Counted from the whole stretch's first letter, positions 25,487-38,961 are shown. The stretch: DNA of 62,919 nucleotides, filler included, from Bigelowiella natans CCMP2755 (GCA_000320545.1; 7 parts of 7 records of this genome joined end to end with filler, not necessarily neighbours in it); one strand, 5' to 3'. The notes: generated by a model from the letters alone, not told the origin. Numbers and translations: made by a program.

Positions 25487-26201
25487 ATGGTGCTGCTGGC
25501 GAAGACACGCTCTTTGGTCTTTCTTGGCTGCATCACCTGCCTCACAATCATCTCTCTGGGAAGGATGCGGGCGACGAGAGGAGGATGGTTGATGCAAGGA
25601 AGGCTTAGGCCTCTGCTGTCTCGAAGGCTCATCAATCTTTCTGGAGGGGGGGGCGACGGGGTGCTCGCCAGCGCGTATGCAGCAGGGCGACTGGGGACCT
25701 CTGTTCGGACGAATCGGCGACTTGTAAGTGTACCGAAACGCCTGACTGAAAAATCTATTCCACCACCACTAATGAGGTGGAAATAATGCCTTTAGCTTAC
25801 AGTGGCAGCACACACGATGCTGGCCGTGGGGGGGGGTTAGTTCGTAGGGGTCGGGTTTTAAGTTATATTGACTTAGAACAGGAGATAGAAATTGCGTGCC
25901 TTGTCTTTCATTACGTGCCAAATAAGTCCGCAATCCTGCACTCCCCTTTTTAGAAGTCAACCCTGCATTTTTCGACTCAAGGTGCATGTTCGCACGGAAA
26001 AGATGATATCTATGGAGAGAGGAGACCCTCCGCAAGGAAAGGGAGACAATCCAAAGCGACGCGTTGAAAGCGTGTTGATCATCGGGGGGGGGCTGGCTGG
26101 CTTGGGGGTGGCTGCCAATCTTCTTAGGTGATATGGGATCCTGTGATGTCTACAACATCGATTTTCACAAAGATTGATCGTGGTGTCCTTCTGCCTTCTA
26201 A

Positions 26202-26232
<31 letters not shown>

Positions 26233-26265
26233 CACACACACCCACACACACACACACACACACAC

Positions 26266-26304
<39 letters not shown>

Positions 26305-27226
26305 AGGGAAAACCCCGAGATGAGAATTCAAATATGGGATGAGAACGCAGGTTGCTTGGAACATGAGAAAGAATGATAGCTTTTTTGGTGGATATCTTCG
26401 CATAAAAAGTCTTTAGCCTTGTGTCAGAAAATTAAGGGAAAAACCATCGCTATTATTCGCATGATCATCTCGATAACGAAGGAGGAAAGGGAGGAGGGGG
26501 GGGGGAGGGGGGGGGGGGGGCTGGAGGAATAGCGACTGCATTAATAACTACCACCACCGCTATCACTACATGATTCTTGCTAAAAATACGAAATTCCAAA
26601 ATTTGAGACCTCCAAGGCAATCGCAATTGAATAAGACAAGAATGCTACGCTGAAGAAACACCTGTGGCGGCCTCTCGAGTTTGAAAAACTAATTATTGAA
26701 TTCGATGTAGGTCCTGGCGAGGGAGGGGCGTCCGCAGCAGCCGCCGGATTGCTGCATCCTTTCAATCCGAGGGGGGGGAAGCTGTGGTGTGGGGACGAGA
26801 GCTTCTTCGAGGCCAAAACTATGCTTGATATGGTGCGTCTTTCAGCCGATTTTCCCACCCCGACCTAAGACTGTTGGCGGTAGGAGTCGAGAATGTGCTG
26901 GGGAGGAGGGGGGTAACCTTCTCTTCGCTTTTCCTTTTGTTATATACCAGATTGGGAAGGAGACTGGTGTGGACGCGGTGTTAAATCGAGGGAGAGAAGG
27001 TAAGTCGTTTGCTATTCATTACGTCGCATGTGCGCGGGAGAATTGATCCAAGGAAGATTCGGATACTGCGCAACTGCTGTCTACCCCCACCCCCCCCTCC
27101 TCCTATTTGATAGTTGGGTAATGGTGACGATGATTCTTGTTATGGAACGTATTGTGATGACACATAGGGATTTTCCGGCTGGCGCTCAATGCTAAGCAGG
27201 TTCATTTGAGGATAAATCGATTGCTG

Positions 27227-27263
<37 letters not shown>

Positions 27264-28008
27264 CACGTCGGTAAGATGAGCTGCCAGTTGGGATGACATC
27301 TGCTCACTTCTCTTATCTGTAATCAGGAGAAGGACTATAGGCGGTCTGCCTCAAAGAACACCGGTTGCACACTCTTCGCGCAAACAACGATACAAGCCCA
27401 TGCATATGAATGCATTGTATTCAATCCTAAATACAGTTTGGCGTGCGCGCGCGTGTGCATGATTTGTGGGGGGGGAGGGTCGTGCAAAGATATATAAAAT
27501 GCGAATATGAATGACATTATCCTTTAGCAGCAAAACCATTCACACTATGGGGGGTTGAGTACCGACCAACAAGCACACACGCAATAGCCTATGAGCAAGA
27601 GCCTATCCCGTAATTCAGATACGAAGTTTATCGAGCCCGCTGATTTGAGCGATACGTGGTCTCCGTCCCTGAAACTGCCCTCGGCGGCCTCTTCCTAAAG
27701 GCAGCGTACACATCCATCCCCCCCCCCCAAACCTGCGTCAACCATTATATACAGCAGCGTCCTCATCATTGTTGTTTTCATGTGCTATGAGCGATGGACC
27801 CCTCCCCCCCCTCCCTTCACATTTGCCTTTCTTCCACCCCCCTCTGATAGGATGGCCTGACGGTGGATCCAAGGAAATACCTGAGGGCTTTATGGGAGGT
27901 AGAGCGAGGCAGATATATGCATAAATGCATACAGAAGAACACATCATGTGCTGCATGCGCTGCAAGAAGCGCGCGCGGGGGCGCACAAACGCAAACACGC
28001 AAATGTGT

Positions 28009-28082
<74 letters not shown>

Positions 28083-28742
28083 CCTATATATATATATATA
28101 TATAATATAGCCCGCATTTATTTTTTCACACACGCATACATCAATAAGTAACCCGCAAACGAAAAGCCATGAGGGATGGACACTATTGTGCTCATCATCA
28201 CGTGCTGCCTCTCTAATCGTACGCCTCTCCCCCCCCTCCAATATGCGCAGTGGTGTGTAGCAATGGGGCCTAATGTGTCGTGGGAACACAGAAAGGTATG
28301 CTCACACACACGCACACACGCACAGAGAAAGAGAGAGAGAGGGGGGGACGGGGGGGGAGGGGGGGGAGTCGAGGGATGTGGGATCGATACGAGAAGAATT
28401 TCGGGGGAAAAAGGCTTGTTCTTATCAGTTTACGCTCACACTGAAAGATGCACAGAGATGGCGGATATCGATTAAGTTCCCCATGTCCGCATGGATCATT
28501 GTGTACATTTAATACTACTGTGTGTTGTCTTAGATTGAAGACATTGCTGCACATTTGCCTATCCATCGGTCCCCTCCCTCCTCCTCCTCCTCCTCCTCCT
28601 CCTCCTCCTCATCATCATCATCATCATCGATATTCTCTGATGACTTCGATGCCATTGTTCTAGCAGCAGGAGCAGGCAAGACATACCAATAATACTACCC
28701 GTTGTGTGTATATCTTTATATGTGTGTGTGTTCATATTTATG

Positions 28743-28823
<81 letters not shown>

Positions 28824-29433
28824 AGAAAAATGCAGGGATAGTCTCTTGTTTGGCAGGTGTTTTCAAGAACACCAACCGCCCCTTTCGATCCACCTCGTAT
28901 TGGGTGTCGTATGACCACGTGCACCCCCCTCCCCACTCTGGTTTTTCACAGCTGTTGTTGTTTGCCCCCGATGTTGCTCGTAGGCATATCACGCCTGAGA
29001 TCTCTGCCCGTCAAAATCCCAATCACACCGTAAGAAGAACGCAACACAAACTCATGGCTAAAATCAACCCGAAAAAAACAAAAAAGAGAAAAGAGGCAGC
29101 GACCCTCCATGCATGCGACGTTTGCTAAGAGCTTATCAGACGAGAGCCGTTTGGCTGGTGGACAGTAACCCATCGGGCATGTTTTTTATTTTCTGCGTCT
29201 CTGAATGAGCGCGTGATGCTGCGTGTGCGTGCGCTTTATTTCAATAGATGCAAAGGCCAAAATATAGAATATCGCCTTTTGGATGGCAAAGACGCTGGCC
29301 AGGAGCGGAAAGGTGTGAAGTACCCCGTGATCTCTGGAAGGTAACATCTTCCTCGCACTTGTGTTGTTGGTATGCTCGCGCAAACGAATTCAAACACGCT
29401 CGTTAAGCACGTGTATAGGCTAATCCACGCTTG

Positions 29434-29472
<39 letters not shown>

Positions 29473-29581
29473 TGTGTTGATCGCCGGAGTAAACGGCGAT
29501 TGCCGCTTCCTCCTCACCAAATAGCCAAACATGGGAAATGCAATGTAGGTATTTGGTGCCGACAACATCTGGAGGAGAAAG
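25487..29581 (+). CDS. Plastid-targeted FAD-dependent oxidoreductase (DAO/MnmC-C-terminal-like), truncated by contig end
   Basis: Leader MVLLAKTRSLVFLGCITCLTIISLGRMRATR; VLIIGGGLAGLGVAANLL; GPGEGGASAAAAGLLHPFNPRGGKLW; DGLTVDPRKYLRALWE; CKGQNIEY; YLVP. Confidence 0.82.
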
Positions 29582-29946
29582 GTGAAATCTCTCTCCTTCT
29601 TCCCCCCCCCCCCCCCCCCCCTCTCTCCCCCTTTAAAAATTTATATATTTATATAATTATTTTTATATATTTTCATTTTGATATATTATGAAATTTAAAA
29701 TTGAATTTTTAAAAATCCCTGGTTTTCTTATACCTCAAACCTATTTCATTTTCCTGAAAAAAAAAAAAAAAAAAAAAAAAAAGGAGGGGGGGAGTAAAGG
29801 GAGGGGGGGGGGGGGGGGAAATTTTTATTTTCCTTAAATTTTTTTTTAAAAAGACGCCCCCACACCCCCCTTTTTTCCCCCCCCCCTTTCTCCCCAAAAA
29901 AAAATATTCCACCCATTGTTAAGGGGAATTCCGGGCCCCCCCCTCA

Positions 29947-30046
29947 NNNNNNNNNNNNNNNNNNNNNNNNNNNNNNNNNNNNNNNNNNNNTTAATTAATT
30001 AANNNNNNNNNNNNNNNNNNNNNNNNNNNNNNNNNNNNNNNNNNNN
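29947..30046. other. Artificial contig spacer (N44-TTAATTAATTAA-N44)
   Basis: An identical 100-nt six-frame-stop linker recurs six times in the window. Confidence 0.97.
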
Positions 30047-30217
30047 CCTTCTAGCCCTCTCTACCCCCGCGTGTAAATAAATACACAAGAGTATGTTTGT
30101 GTTAGGTCTCGCGCGCCCGCACACACGCGCTCGCACCCACACCCCCCCCCACCCCCCCCCACCCCCCTCTCTCTCTCTCACACATTATCTCATATATAAT
30201 TTAAATGTGTGTGGCGT

Positions 30218-30263
<46 letters not shown>

Positions 30264-30299
30264 GTGTGTGCGTGCGCGCGCGTGTATGCAACACAACAC

Positions 30300-30855
30300 A
30301 CCTCTGCTATTCTCCACCCTCTCTGCACGCCCATCAAATCGGCTTGGCCTCCCGCGCGGACCTGCGACAACACGAGGATTATGATGATGATGCGACCACG
30401 ATGATGATGCAGCATACAAACGGTGTGTGCGAGGCACGCCCCAACTCCGCTCCCCCCCCCCCTCTCGACGCCTGCTCCTGCTAAATTTCATGGTTTGGCA
30501 CTGATGCTACCTTCTTAACAATGGTATCTGCGAAAACCATCCCAAGCGGCCGTGACGGGTCAATACGACGCGCATTCTACGGGCTAATGGCGGGTCTCTC
30601 ACACCTGGATTGTGGAGAGCGACGTTCGGAAAATCATGAAGGAAAAAAAAAAAGAGAAGAATGGGAGCTGCACTAGGTGAGTAGAGACCGCAGAAAAGTC
30701 GTGATTGATCTTACCAGAAGGCCTCTTCAGAATCTTGAAGTCTCCGTTGTGTTTATGGCGCGCGCCACTGTCGCGTTTCTCCGTCGTCATCTAGCGAAAA
30801 TGCGTGATTATTATTTATTATTGCATATCGTGTCATACGCAGATATGAGCTGTGC

Positions 30856-30894
<39 letters not shown>

Positions 30895-31763
30895 ACTTCA
30901 CACTCACCTCCATTCCTACATGAGGAAGCTCATCTCCCCCTTCATGCTGTCCTTCATGCTGTCTTTCATGTCCTTCCTCGGTACCTGCAGTGCGACTCCC
31001 ACTACCGGCATCTTCGCCTCCCCCGTCTTGACTTTCACGTCGGAGCTCCTCCATCGTGTCAGTTGTCCCCTCCCCCCCATTCTCCCGAGCCCTCTTTAAT
31101 TGTTTCAGCGCCCGCTTCAAAGCTCGCGTGCCTATCATCCATAAATTGCTCTCAAATGGCGTTTTTGGGAAAACCGCATTAAAAGATTTACACACAACAC
31201 GAGCACATACACACATATGCACATGCTATATATTATGTATATTATATACCCTGAAACCTGATTCTACACTACCCCAACCCTCCCAAATGGCGACGAATCG
31301 AATTTGCATACATCGATCTGCGTCGAGTCCCGGTGCCTTATTCCTCTTCGCATGTAGCCTCGTATGCACAGCGAGAGACGCCAGCACATGTGTTCTGAAT
31401 GCCTCGGCGGAGATTTGAATGCGGATGGCGTTTTTCTCTTTGTCGCTCCCTGCGTGGCAGGCAGCAGCATGAAGTGCAAGACCAATCTCTGACAACGTGG
31501 AGAGGGAGAAGGATGATGAGGAAGGGGCGCGGTGCGGTATTCTATCTTCGTTGTTCGCTGTTCTGGCCTCCCCCTTCACTTTCGTATCGCTATCAAGCTG
31601 CTCGTCGCCGTTGTCCCCGTCCGGCGTTGACCCGAAGTCGTATCTGGTTTTTGTCAGTCGAGGGGCGGGGGAGAATGGTGAAATAGATGGCCCCACATGT
31701 GTGATGATATCTATGTGCGCAATTCGACGTTGGAATCACAAGCCCAAGCTCATAATCACACAC

Positions 31764-31801
<38 letters not shown>

Positions 31802-32210
31802 TTGCATTCTCACAGAAACTCCAGCACTATTCCTCGACATATCTCTCCTTTCTCCCCCCCTGTGCCTTTCTTTATTTTGGAAAAGTGAATAGATATGTCT
31901 TTTTGCGGATACGGGATCCAACTTCGGGTTATTATTACAGTGCTTCGATGGCATTGGATAAGGCCGACATGTTATTCCCCTCCCGGCCCTGTACTCGAAG
32001 ATATTCAAAAGAGAGAGAAGATGATGGAGGTTGGGGGGAAGCGAGGAGAATGTAAGGACTACGAATCAAATCGCAAGTAAACGTAGCAGCGCTCACCGTT
32101 CCAAGGTCTCCTGGCCTCCTTTCTCTAACAAATCCTTTCAATGATTACTCAGACGTCCAAAGTGTGAAGTCGATTTCTCTGCCAAAGATCGCCTGAACTC
32201 GCCAATATGC
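30300..32210 (-). CDS. PDZ-domain-containing hypothetical protein (boundaries approximate, 3' truncated)
   Basis: RIDPSRPLGMVFADTIVKK|VRAGGQADLMGVQRGWRIAE is PDZ-like (GLGF-like loop, GxAxxxGxxxG). Upstream exons lie at about 30910-31700. Confidence 0.55.
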
Positions 32211-33164
32211 ACAACCCCCAAGGATAGATATACCCGTATTGGACTCAGGGGAGGCGTGAATGCAAGCGAGCCTAAAAATTCCTTAGCGGAGAGGCGAGGG
32301 AACGGGGAGGGCGACCTTTCTTCCGGCTGCTCCTCCTCTTTTGTTTTGGAAAATATTTATAGCAGGATATTTCGTAATCCCTTTCCATTTGTTTTCACGA
32401 AAATTAGGAATCTATTTTCCGGATTCCCGATGGCGCCCTATTCTGAGGGCTACACCCGAGAACATCTTGTAATTCTTGTCGAACACCTCGCAACAAGGCC
32501 GATTTTTTAAAAACAGGCTAAAAAACCCTGGAAAGCCAGACCAAAAGACAATGAAGCCTTTATTTTAAGGAAGAGAATTCCAACATATTAGGAATGAATG
32601 GGCTTCCTTTTCATCTTTTTGTTGATTAATGCCATTCAAAAATATATATTTATAGTTTTCTTGTGTACAATACTATATCTTAGAAGACTGAGCGAGATTT
32701 TATCTAGACTGGAAGTCTCGATGTCGTTGCCGAATATTCGATGTCGTAGTATTGAAATTCCCTGTGTTACATTCCTTAACATCCTACTCAACCCAAACAA
32801 CGCAAGACTATGGTGCGTTCCCTCCCCCCCTCACTACTAAGATTTTCCCCAACTATCTGGCGCATAACGAAGCCCATTTATAAGAGAAAGAAGGGAACGA
32901 AGTGGCCGTTTCAATAAAAATAATTATGTTTTCCCTATGCGTAACGAAGCCTTTTGGGGGTGGGTTCATCGCTTGGCTCATTCTGAGTGAGACTCTCCTG
33001 CGGTCAACGCTCGATCTAGCGAAAACGAAAGCGGAAGCAGCTACTTTGCAGCCTTTGAGCATATGATGATATAATACCTGAGAGATAAATCCTGTTTTTT
33101 TGTTCACGGGCTCTGTAGAACCTTCAAATAATCTCTAATTTCGCCTTCCTCTCAGAGCATCGCA

Positions 33165-34008
33165 ATGCAGCGAAGCGTTCGGCGCCTTTATAAGAATATT
33201 ATGAAATCAGTCCCTCGTGTTCTTGATGTAAGCAATTATTTCAGATTAATGAGATCGCTAATTATCTAACATTCGTATCCACACCTAAAATTCGATTCGC
33301 GCACTCATCTTCGTCATAGAGTTTGCTTCATATCCTTTAAAATTCTCATTTTCTGATGATCACACACGTTCACGCACAGATTTGCATGATGCTTTTAAAA
33401 TTATCTGTGACCCCTTCTTACCCAACCAATTCTCCCTTTGATTCTCACAGCAATACGAGTTCACCTACATGGAGGAAAATGCTGTCAGGACTAATCTGAA
33501 GAAGCATTTCACTAAGCACTTTAACGAAAGCAACCCTGTTGTAATTGACATGCTCAGGATCAAGGGAGAGATGGTAATTTATTTAGTCAGAAGAATGGGG
33601 TGGGGCTTAGAAAGAATTAGCATGGTTCCAATGCGAAACAACCAGCTTCAGATGATATAAACACACCAGAGGCAAAGCCGTCACGCGTGTAATCATTCGC
33701 GCACAGTCGCCCTTCATAATCCTCATAAAAGAACTCATAGAAATGTGAGTGTATGCGTGCGTGCATCTCCCTCTGTGTGTGTTTTATGTACGATGGACAA
33801 GACACTGTCACCCCATGGATAACATCACTATTAATCACAGGAACTCGACGAAACTCTGCGTATGTTCAAGACCCCCTGCCATATCGAAAAGATCCTGACT
33901 ACGGATATCGATGACGTTGGATTCCTTGAGTCAAAGGCTGTTACCAAGGAGTATCAAAAAATAGGAGGTGGAAGTGAATTCATGGCGAGCTTCTACCAAG
34001 GCTCATAG
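33165..34008 (+). CDS. NDUFA6: Mitochondrial complex I accessory subunit NDUFA6/B14 (LYR family), 3 exons
   Basis: MQRSVRRLYKNIMKSVPRVLD|QYEFTYMEENAVRTNLKKHFTKHFNESNPVVIDMLRIKGEM|ELDETLRMFKTPCHI...SEFMASFYQGS*. Confidence 0.85.
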
Positions 34009-34502
34009 TCATTTTTGGCCCCTCTCTTTCTAGAAGTGGTAGCAATGAAGATAAAGGGGTTTTATCGATCGCAAGTCATATGCTGAGTCGATTGGGAACA
34101 TCATTAATCTTGCGATAAAATATTCGTGCCTATGAAAAGGATTGAAGTTAAAGGTAAGGCGCATTGTACCTCTTCAGCAGCTCTCGCCTCGGCACTCCCC
34201 CCAAAAACTGCATGCGCTCTAGCTCGGCTACATATGCAAATAAAATTAACAAAGCAGTACTGAACGAACATTCAGGTAGCAATTAGCATGTTGTGAAGGA
34301 GCATGCGCATGGAATCGAAAGCAGTCCAATCTAGCAATATGAGCAATGCTAGAATGCTATAGAATGCGTGCGCACGCTTCAGCTAAATAAGTAGTAGCGC
34401 CTATCTAGCTATCTCACAGATCTGGTGATAGCTGCTAGACAGCACATATTTGGACAGCAACATGTTCTCCTGCAGGAATGTACATATCTAGATATATATC
34501 AT

Positions 34503-34585
34503 GAGACGGATGTCATTAAACAAGTTAAACATGTTCAATTGTCATCCTAACGTGTATAGCTATGCAAAGAGCAGCGACACAGCGC
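34503..34585 (-). repeat. Third diverged copy of the 17.8-kb repeat
   Basis: The reverse complement gcgctgtgtcgctgctctttgcatagcta..ggatgacaattgaacatgtttaacttgtttaatgacatccgtctc aligns with 17810-17886. Confidence 0.65.
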
Positions 34586-34689
34586 TTAAGTTGTACTTGT
34601 TTGTTTCTGCTATGATCTAGTATTGTCAAGCATGCATGTGAATATTATGCATATACAATCTATAGCTAGATAGTTTATCTTATGAAAAG

Positions 34690-34733
<44 letters not shown>

Positions 34734-35042
34734 CGGGGGATGCCTGGTGGGAAGCATGCAGTCGACGAATATTTTGCTTATGATAACGTCGCAATGTTTC
34801 GTTTCAGAATAACCCAGAAATGCAAACTTCTCCTAGGAATACACACACTAGCTGTACATTAATATGATGAAAGCTAGAATCACAGCCCATCTCATTAAAT
34901 CGACAGCTACGCATCAGGAGGCACTTTTAGAAAAAGGGTTACGGCCGGCTAGCCGTATGTGTGAGATAGTTCTTATTTAACTAGAGATTCTTGGAAGCGG
35001 TCTGCTGATGAGGCGGCATATGAAGCCTGCATCGGATCCTCT

Positions 35043-36025
35043 CTAGTTCTGGTCGCACTGAATAACAGTGAAAGTGGAGTCGCCTTTCATTGTAATCTGG
35101 CATCCTACAACTGTCTTCTCGAAGTGTCCCTCAGACGACATCACAACCTGAAGGTTGAGCCCCCCGATCGGATTGTCAGCAGTGCCGTAGTTGAAAGGCT
35201 TCGAACCCTTTGCGGAAACTTGGACTTGTTCTCCATACAGCCCATACGCGTATATCTCATTGATGGAGGCCCCGCAGAGCGTGAGGTATTTGCCGGCGCC
35301 GTTGTATTTGCCCCCGTACTGGCACGTATACTTCCATTTGAATTCCGAGAGCTTCTGCCCAAGGAAGTTCTTAAACTCGAATTTGTACATGCTAGATTTC
35401 CACGTTGTCCACTCGGTCAGCTGTGTCCAGTCGGTGACATTCTCTGGCACAGCTCCTGCCCAGTCTGTAGTGTAGTCAACGACAGCCTTGTTGTTCTTGA
35501 CAAGGTCCCAGATAGCCTTTCCGATCTGAGTAAGGAGGAGGGAGGGAGTTAGGAAAAGTGGGAGGGAGGCAGAATACTGAAATCTCTTGCACCAAAACTA
35601 TTGTAACAGACTCAACGATTCTTCGCCAAATAGTGCTGTATCTAACAAACTGCGATTGAAGGCTAAAAATATCTGGGTTGTAATAATACCTGCCAAATAA
35701 CGGCGGGGTTGATTGTGACATTTCCAGCAGCAGCAGGTGCGACTTCTGCGGCTCGTGCCCGTTCTAAATCTTTTCCAAAGAGCACATCCTTCTCAATAGT
35801 TTGACCATCAAATGTGATTGCAAACTTCGATGGTACTGTCAGCATGCGTAGAGCCTCACGGGTGACATTGTTGGCCATGATTTCCTTTAAGAGCGAATCC
35901 GGCATGTTTCTTCCATACTTCTCTAATGAGGCCTTCACGAAATCGTGCTGCCTTGTATCGTGAGCAGTTTTGGCAGTTACGTGAGGTGCAAGGGCCAGAA
36001 GGAGGCCTACAAGGGTTGCCATCAT
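35043..36025 (-). CDS. Secreted protein: signal peptide, pro-region, amphipathic helix and beta-rich domain (2 exons, intron 35526-35689)
   Basis: MATLVGLLLALAPHVTA...INPAVIWQ|IGKAIWDLVKNNKAVVDYTTDWAGAVPENVTDWTQLTEW...KNFLGQKLSEFKWKYTCQYGGKYNGAGKYLT...NYGTADNPIGGLNLQV. Confidence 0.85.
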
Positions 36026-36060
36026 GATGATGATGTGATGATGATGGGATTGCTTTGTGT

Positions 36061-36083
36061 GGGGTTAGGGTTTGGGTGAGGGG
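36061..36083. promoter_or_regulatory. Telo-box / G-quadruplex-capable motif about 35 nt upstream of the secreted-protein ATG
   Basis: GGGGTTAGGGTTTGGGTGAGGGG (four G-runs); the minus strand contains AAACCCTAA. Confidence 0.4.
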
Positions 36084-36372
36084 TGTAGCGACATGGGCGG
36101 TTATTTTCGAGCAAATTTACACTTGCGACAATCTAGTTGGTCATGTCGTAGGTACATATTCAAGCCATTATTTCCGAGTCGTACGACTTCAAGGGTTCTA
36201 ACATGGCACCCTTTTCCGGTGTAATGTAGGCCATTTTTCTTAAAATTTAAAGATGGACACCGGTTTTCGCGCGAAATGGCGGCCGCTTGGAGAAAAGCGT
36301 AGCATCCCGTCGGAAATCCGTCGGAAAGCACTTGATGCCCGACGGCACCCACGCTCTTTTGCGCACTAGCGA

Positions 36373-36974
36373 ATGATGGCGTTCAGGCCAGCACGCTTGT
36401 TCTACCCGCCCCCTTTGGAGAACGAGGACGCTTTTGTCGACGTGGAGGACCGAAGCTGCCAGAATGAGTTCGTGCACTTTCCGCGCCGCATTCGCCAAAT
36501 GCGCACAACATCAAGTGCTTCGCTTTCGGCCGTTGACTGTGAGCGCAAAGGTCACATTCGTTCGATTTGACCCCTCTCTCGTTGTAGGCACCCGGAGCTG
36601 TTTACGAAGTGCAAAGAGGGCGCCCTGGGTTTTGTCCGAGACGCTATCAAAACGGAGGAAGAGGAATATCGCAGGAGTGTGGCGGAAAGAGGGGACTGGC
36701 AACTTACTCTCCGAAAGCTCTGCACCGTAGCCATCCGTTACGGGCATCTTGATATCGTCAAGTACCTCGTTGTCTCAAAGCGCGTCCCCGTTACAATCAG
36801 ATCACCAACCGCGGCTGGGGAAACGAAGATCGCTATCGGGAAGAGGAAGAAGAAGAAGAAGAAGAAGAAGAAGAAGAAGGGAGATCTTGGAACACAGAGT
36901 ATCTCCAATTTGATTCCTCTGGTAGGGTACCAACCGAATGGGAGAATAGAGAGGGCGACTTATGTCTTCGCCGA

Positions 36975-37016
<42 letters not shown>

Positions 37017-37870
37017 GCTTTCCCATCATCCCCTCTGCCCCCCCCTTCCCCGCCTCTCTTTTCCCCATTAGCTGGCATGTACAACTTCTACGACACTGAT
37101 CACTACCCAAAACCCTGCGCTCTCTTCCATGTACCCTGCCAGCACGAGGCTATTGAAGCGCACCGGTTGGATATCGTCCAATATCTGCTGAAAGAGAAAA
37201 GCTGCGTGAACGAAACGAACATGTACGGTGATCACGCGCTTCTCTGTGCAGTGAAGTCGCACGCTCCCATCAGCATACTCGAGTCTCTTCTCAAGGCCAA
37301 GGTATACAATTTGATATCGATAGTTCGGGTGAAATGAAGCAGGGGAGAGAGGGTCTAGGGGAGGGAGGTCAGGGCTCTCTTCAGTTGTAGTTACCAAGAG
37401 CGCATATTATCCACACGCGAAGAGTTGAACACTGCTGAAGGAGCAATAAACGATGGTGGTCTATGCACAAATAAAAACACGCACGACAAGGGTATTTCCG
37501 ATGGGGTGGAAATAATGGCACCTGAGGCCTGCATCGCATCGTAGGCTGACATTATGCATACCGGAGGCTATAACCGTTGGAACGCCTTCGCATGCGCTGC
37601 AGCTAGGTAGAAAGAAGAGCGGTAACTATCGACTGCAAGATACAAATCACATCCAAAAACCACCAGCAAAAGGGCGAATCACTCAATTACGACCAACCGC
37701 CTGACAGAGCATTAATTATCTTTCCGCTTTGAGGGCGCGGATTACTCGAATCAATACCATAATCTGCCTCGAGAGATGTTTGCGTGTTTCGCGGCAGCAT
37801 ACCACTTCCTTTCTCTCTAGGTCCAATGTGAAGGCCATGACTCTCATTCTCTCTTATCATCGTCTGGTAT
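36373..37870 (+). CDS. Ankyrin-repeat protein (3' truncated)
   Basis: LCTVAIRYGHLDIVKYLV; HEAIEAHRLDIVQYLLKEKSCVNETNMYGDHALLCAVKSHAPISILESLLKAK|ADIMHTGGYNRWNAFACAAA. Confidence 0.8.
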
Positions 37871-37924
37871 GCTGTGCCGTTGATGTCGATTCTCCGCGTC
37901 TATCAAGCCCCCCCCCCCCCTCCC

Positions 37925-38024
37925 NNNNNNNNNNNNNNNNNNNNNNNNNNNNNNNNNNNNNNNNNNNNTTAATTAATTAANNNNNNNNNNNNNNNNNNNN
38001 NNNNNNNNNNNNNNNNNNNNNNNN
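37925..38024. other. Artificial contig spacer
   Basis: N44-TTAATTAATTAA-N44. Confidence 0.97.
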
Positions 38025-38139
38025 GGGCACGATGGACAACACACACATAATTCCACATAGCTATAGGCGCATAGCATAGGAGAAGGAAATGGTGGGAGAA
38101 ATCACTAAAATGTGTGCGTGTTCTCGCGTGCTGATGCGA

Positions 38140-38334
38140 GTATTACTCCGCGCCGTTGGGGGGGGTGACTATGAGGAGCTTCTCCACACGCTTCTGCACG
38201 GCCTTCAGCTTGTTTTTCTCCTGAAAGAAGAAGATGAAGAAGAAGATGATGATGATGGTTGGCATTATGGTAGAGCGGGTGAATTATCGAAGAAGGGAGG
38301 ACTTTATGGATATGAATAAATAAATAAATAAATA

Positions 38335-38378
<44 letters not shown>

Positions 38379-38929
38379 CGAGATCTAAATCTCATAATTA
38401 TAACGAGGCCGGGCCGACCGAGAGGTTGAGGCGCGGCTGCATCCTCTGCGCGGCCTTCTTTGCCACCTCCATGTTAGCGAAGGAGAAGAGGAGGAAGCAT
38501 TGAGTCAGGACCGTGCGGCGGAAGTTGGCGTCCTGTCGGAATTTACGGCATGAAGTGGTTGTGATAGGAGGATGGGGGGGGGGGGGAGGAGTTAAACACA
38601 GCAGCAGCAGCGGCAGCAACAACGATGTGTTCCAAAGACTCTCCGCTCTCTGTGTAATGTAGGGAGACGGCCGGCAGCAAAACAAGTGTTGTTTGTTGAT
38701 GCCTCTATGACCCAAAACCATTATACCACCCCTCCTTCTCCCCTCTGCTGCTGCGCCGCATCGGGGATGTGCCCCCCCCCCCCCACCCCCAGCCGCCCAG
38801 CCGCCCAGCCGCCCGCCCACCTCCAGCTGCAGGCTGAGGAGTCGGATCCCGGTGAGGAACTTGGGGTAATAGGTGTCGGGCTCTGAGGCACTCTCGGCCA
38901 CGTGCTCAACCTGGGGAAAATGGTGATGG

Positions 38930-38961
<32 letters not shown>

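Noticed and set aside
29590-29946. Homopolymer-rich stretches at contig ends (also 58685-58900 and 62620-62919) with ORFs
   Set aside because: They look like low-quality read tails after G/C homopolymers.
29991-30002. Recurrent TTAATTAATTAA motif inside N-runs (six times)
   Set aside because: It is an artificial six-frame-stop concatenation linker; adjacency across it has no biological meaning.
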